From NCBI GenBank assembly GCA_027923505.1, contig BROI01000039.1:106480-126479 (forward strand): 20,000 bases of DNA, in the 5' to 3' direction. How positions within the stretch are numbered: the stretch's first letter is position 1; the number at the start of each line of letters is the position of its first letter. Source of the DNA: Mayamaea pseudoterrestris. Taxonomy: Eukaryota. The translations under genes were made by a program, and so were the position numbers. The notes below the pieces were generated by a model that was given only the letters and a program-made list of their open reading frames with translations, was not told where the DNA came from and searched no databases. Shown here piece by piece: positions 19,601 through 20,000 of this stretch.

Positions 19601-20000
19601 GATGCTGTGACATTAACGCCAACACAGGCCATGAATATATCCAAATGACACCAGAATGGTGCCAACATCATTATTCAGGCTGCGCTACAAGATGGTATGC
19701 CTGGCTAGTGTCTCAGGGGATGGCAATGATATTGGTGACAACTTGTCACCAGTCTCAGCCTGCAGATGCCGTGACATTCAAACGCCCCTACAGCAGGCCA
19801 TGTATACACCCAAATGACACCAGAATGGTGCCAACATCATTATTCAGGCTGCGCTACAAGATGGTATGCCTGGCTAGTGTCTCAGGGGACGGCATTGTGA
19901 TTGGTGACAACTTGTCACCAGTCTCAGCCTGCAGATGCCGTGACATTCAAACACCCCTACAGCAGGCCATGTATACACCCAAATGACACCAGAATGGGCA
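7641..20000. repeat. 169-bp tandem satellite array, ~73 head-to-tail copies, continuing beyond the window
   Basis: Consensus: aaatgacaccagaatggtgccaacatcattattcaggctgcgctacaagatggtatgcctggctagtgtctcaggggacggcaatgatattggtgacaacttgtcaccagtctcagcctgcagatgccgtgacattcaaacgcccctacagcaggccatgtatacaccc (169 nt, 86 G+C by hand count). The period is confirmed by identical ORF starts recurring every 169 bp (10877, 11046, 11215, ...). All copies are in the same orientation and no insertions of foreign sequence were seen. Confidence 0.99.

Noticed and set aside
7627..19986. Dozens of ~113-aa ORFs (MTPEWCQHHYSG...) in the array
   Set aside because: The period of 169 is not a multiple of 3, so each ORF simply reads two frames of the same monomer and stops in the third. 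Frameshifting indels are tolerated and there is no recognisable domain.
7641..20000. CRISPR-like array (regularly spaced palindromes)
   Set aside because: The sequence between the palindromes is near-identical rather than made of unique spacers. No cas genes are present and the context is eukaryotic.
7641..20000. Hammerhead-ribozyme satellite (retrozyme), or a tandem 5S/tRNA/snRNA gene array
   Set aside because: The consensus has no CTGANGA plus GAAA core on either strand (the minus strand has CTGAGAC and CTGAATA only). I see no recognisable 5S, tRNA or snRNA sequence and no poly-T Pol III terminator. An Rfam/Infernal search would be the definitive test.

Overview
Eukaryotic, very probably diatom, genomic DNA. 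The basis is an ASAF-type bipartite plastid presequence, RXL motifs, short GT-AG introns and compact intergenic spacers. The first ~7.5 kb holds five tightly packed genes: a 5'-truncated RING-H2/ARM-like protein (+), an acetyl-CoA C-acetyltransferase/thiolase (-), a plant-type PEX13-like peroxin (+), a two-exon mucin-like type I membrane protein (-) and a two-exon plastid-targeted 3-dehydroquinate synthase (+). About 100 bp after the DHQS stop, an uninterrupted head-to-tail 169-bp satellite array begins and runs at least 12.3 kb (~73 copies) off the window end. The monomer is nucleosome-sized, ~51% GC and CpG-poor, and carries a perfect 19-bp dyad. The array has a divergent edge with higher-order duplications, a homogeneous core, recurrent CpG transitions and palindrome-preserving or palindrome-perfecting variants. 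It is a candidate centromeric or subtelomeric satellite. The many ~113-aa ORFs in it are repeat artefacts.
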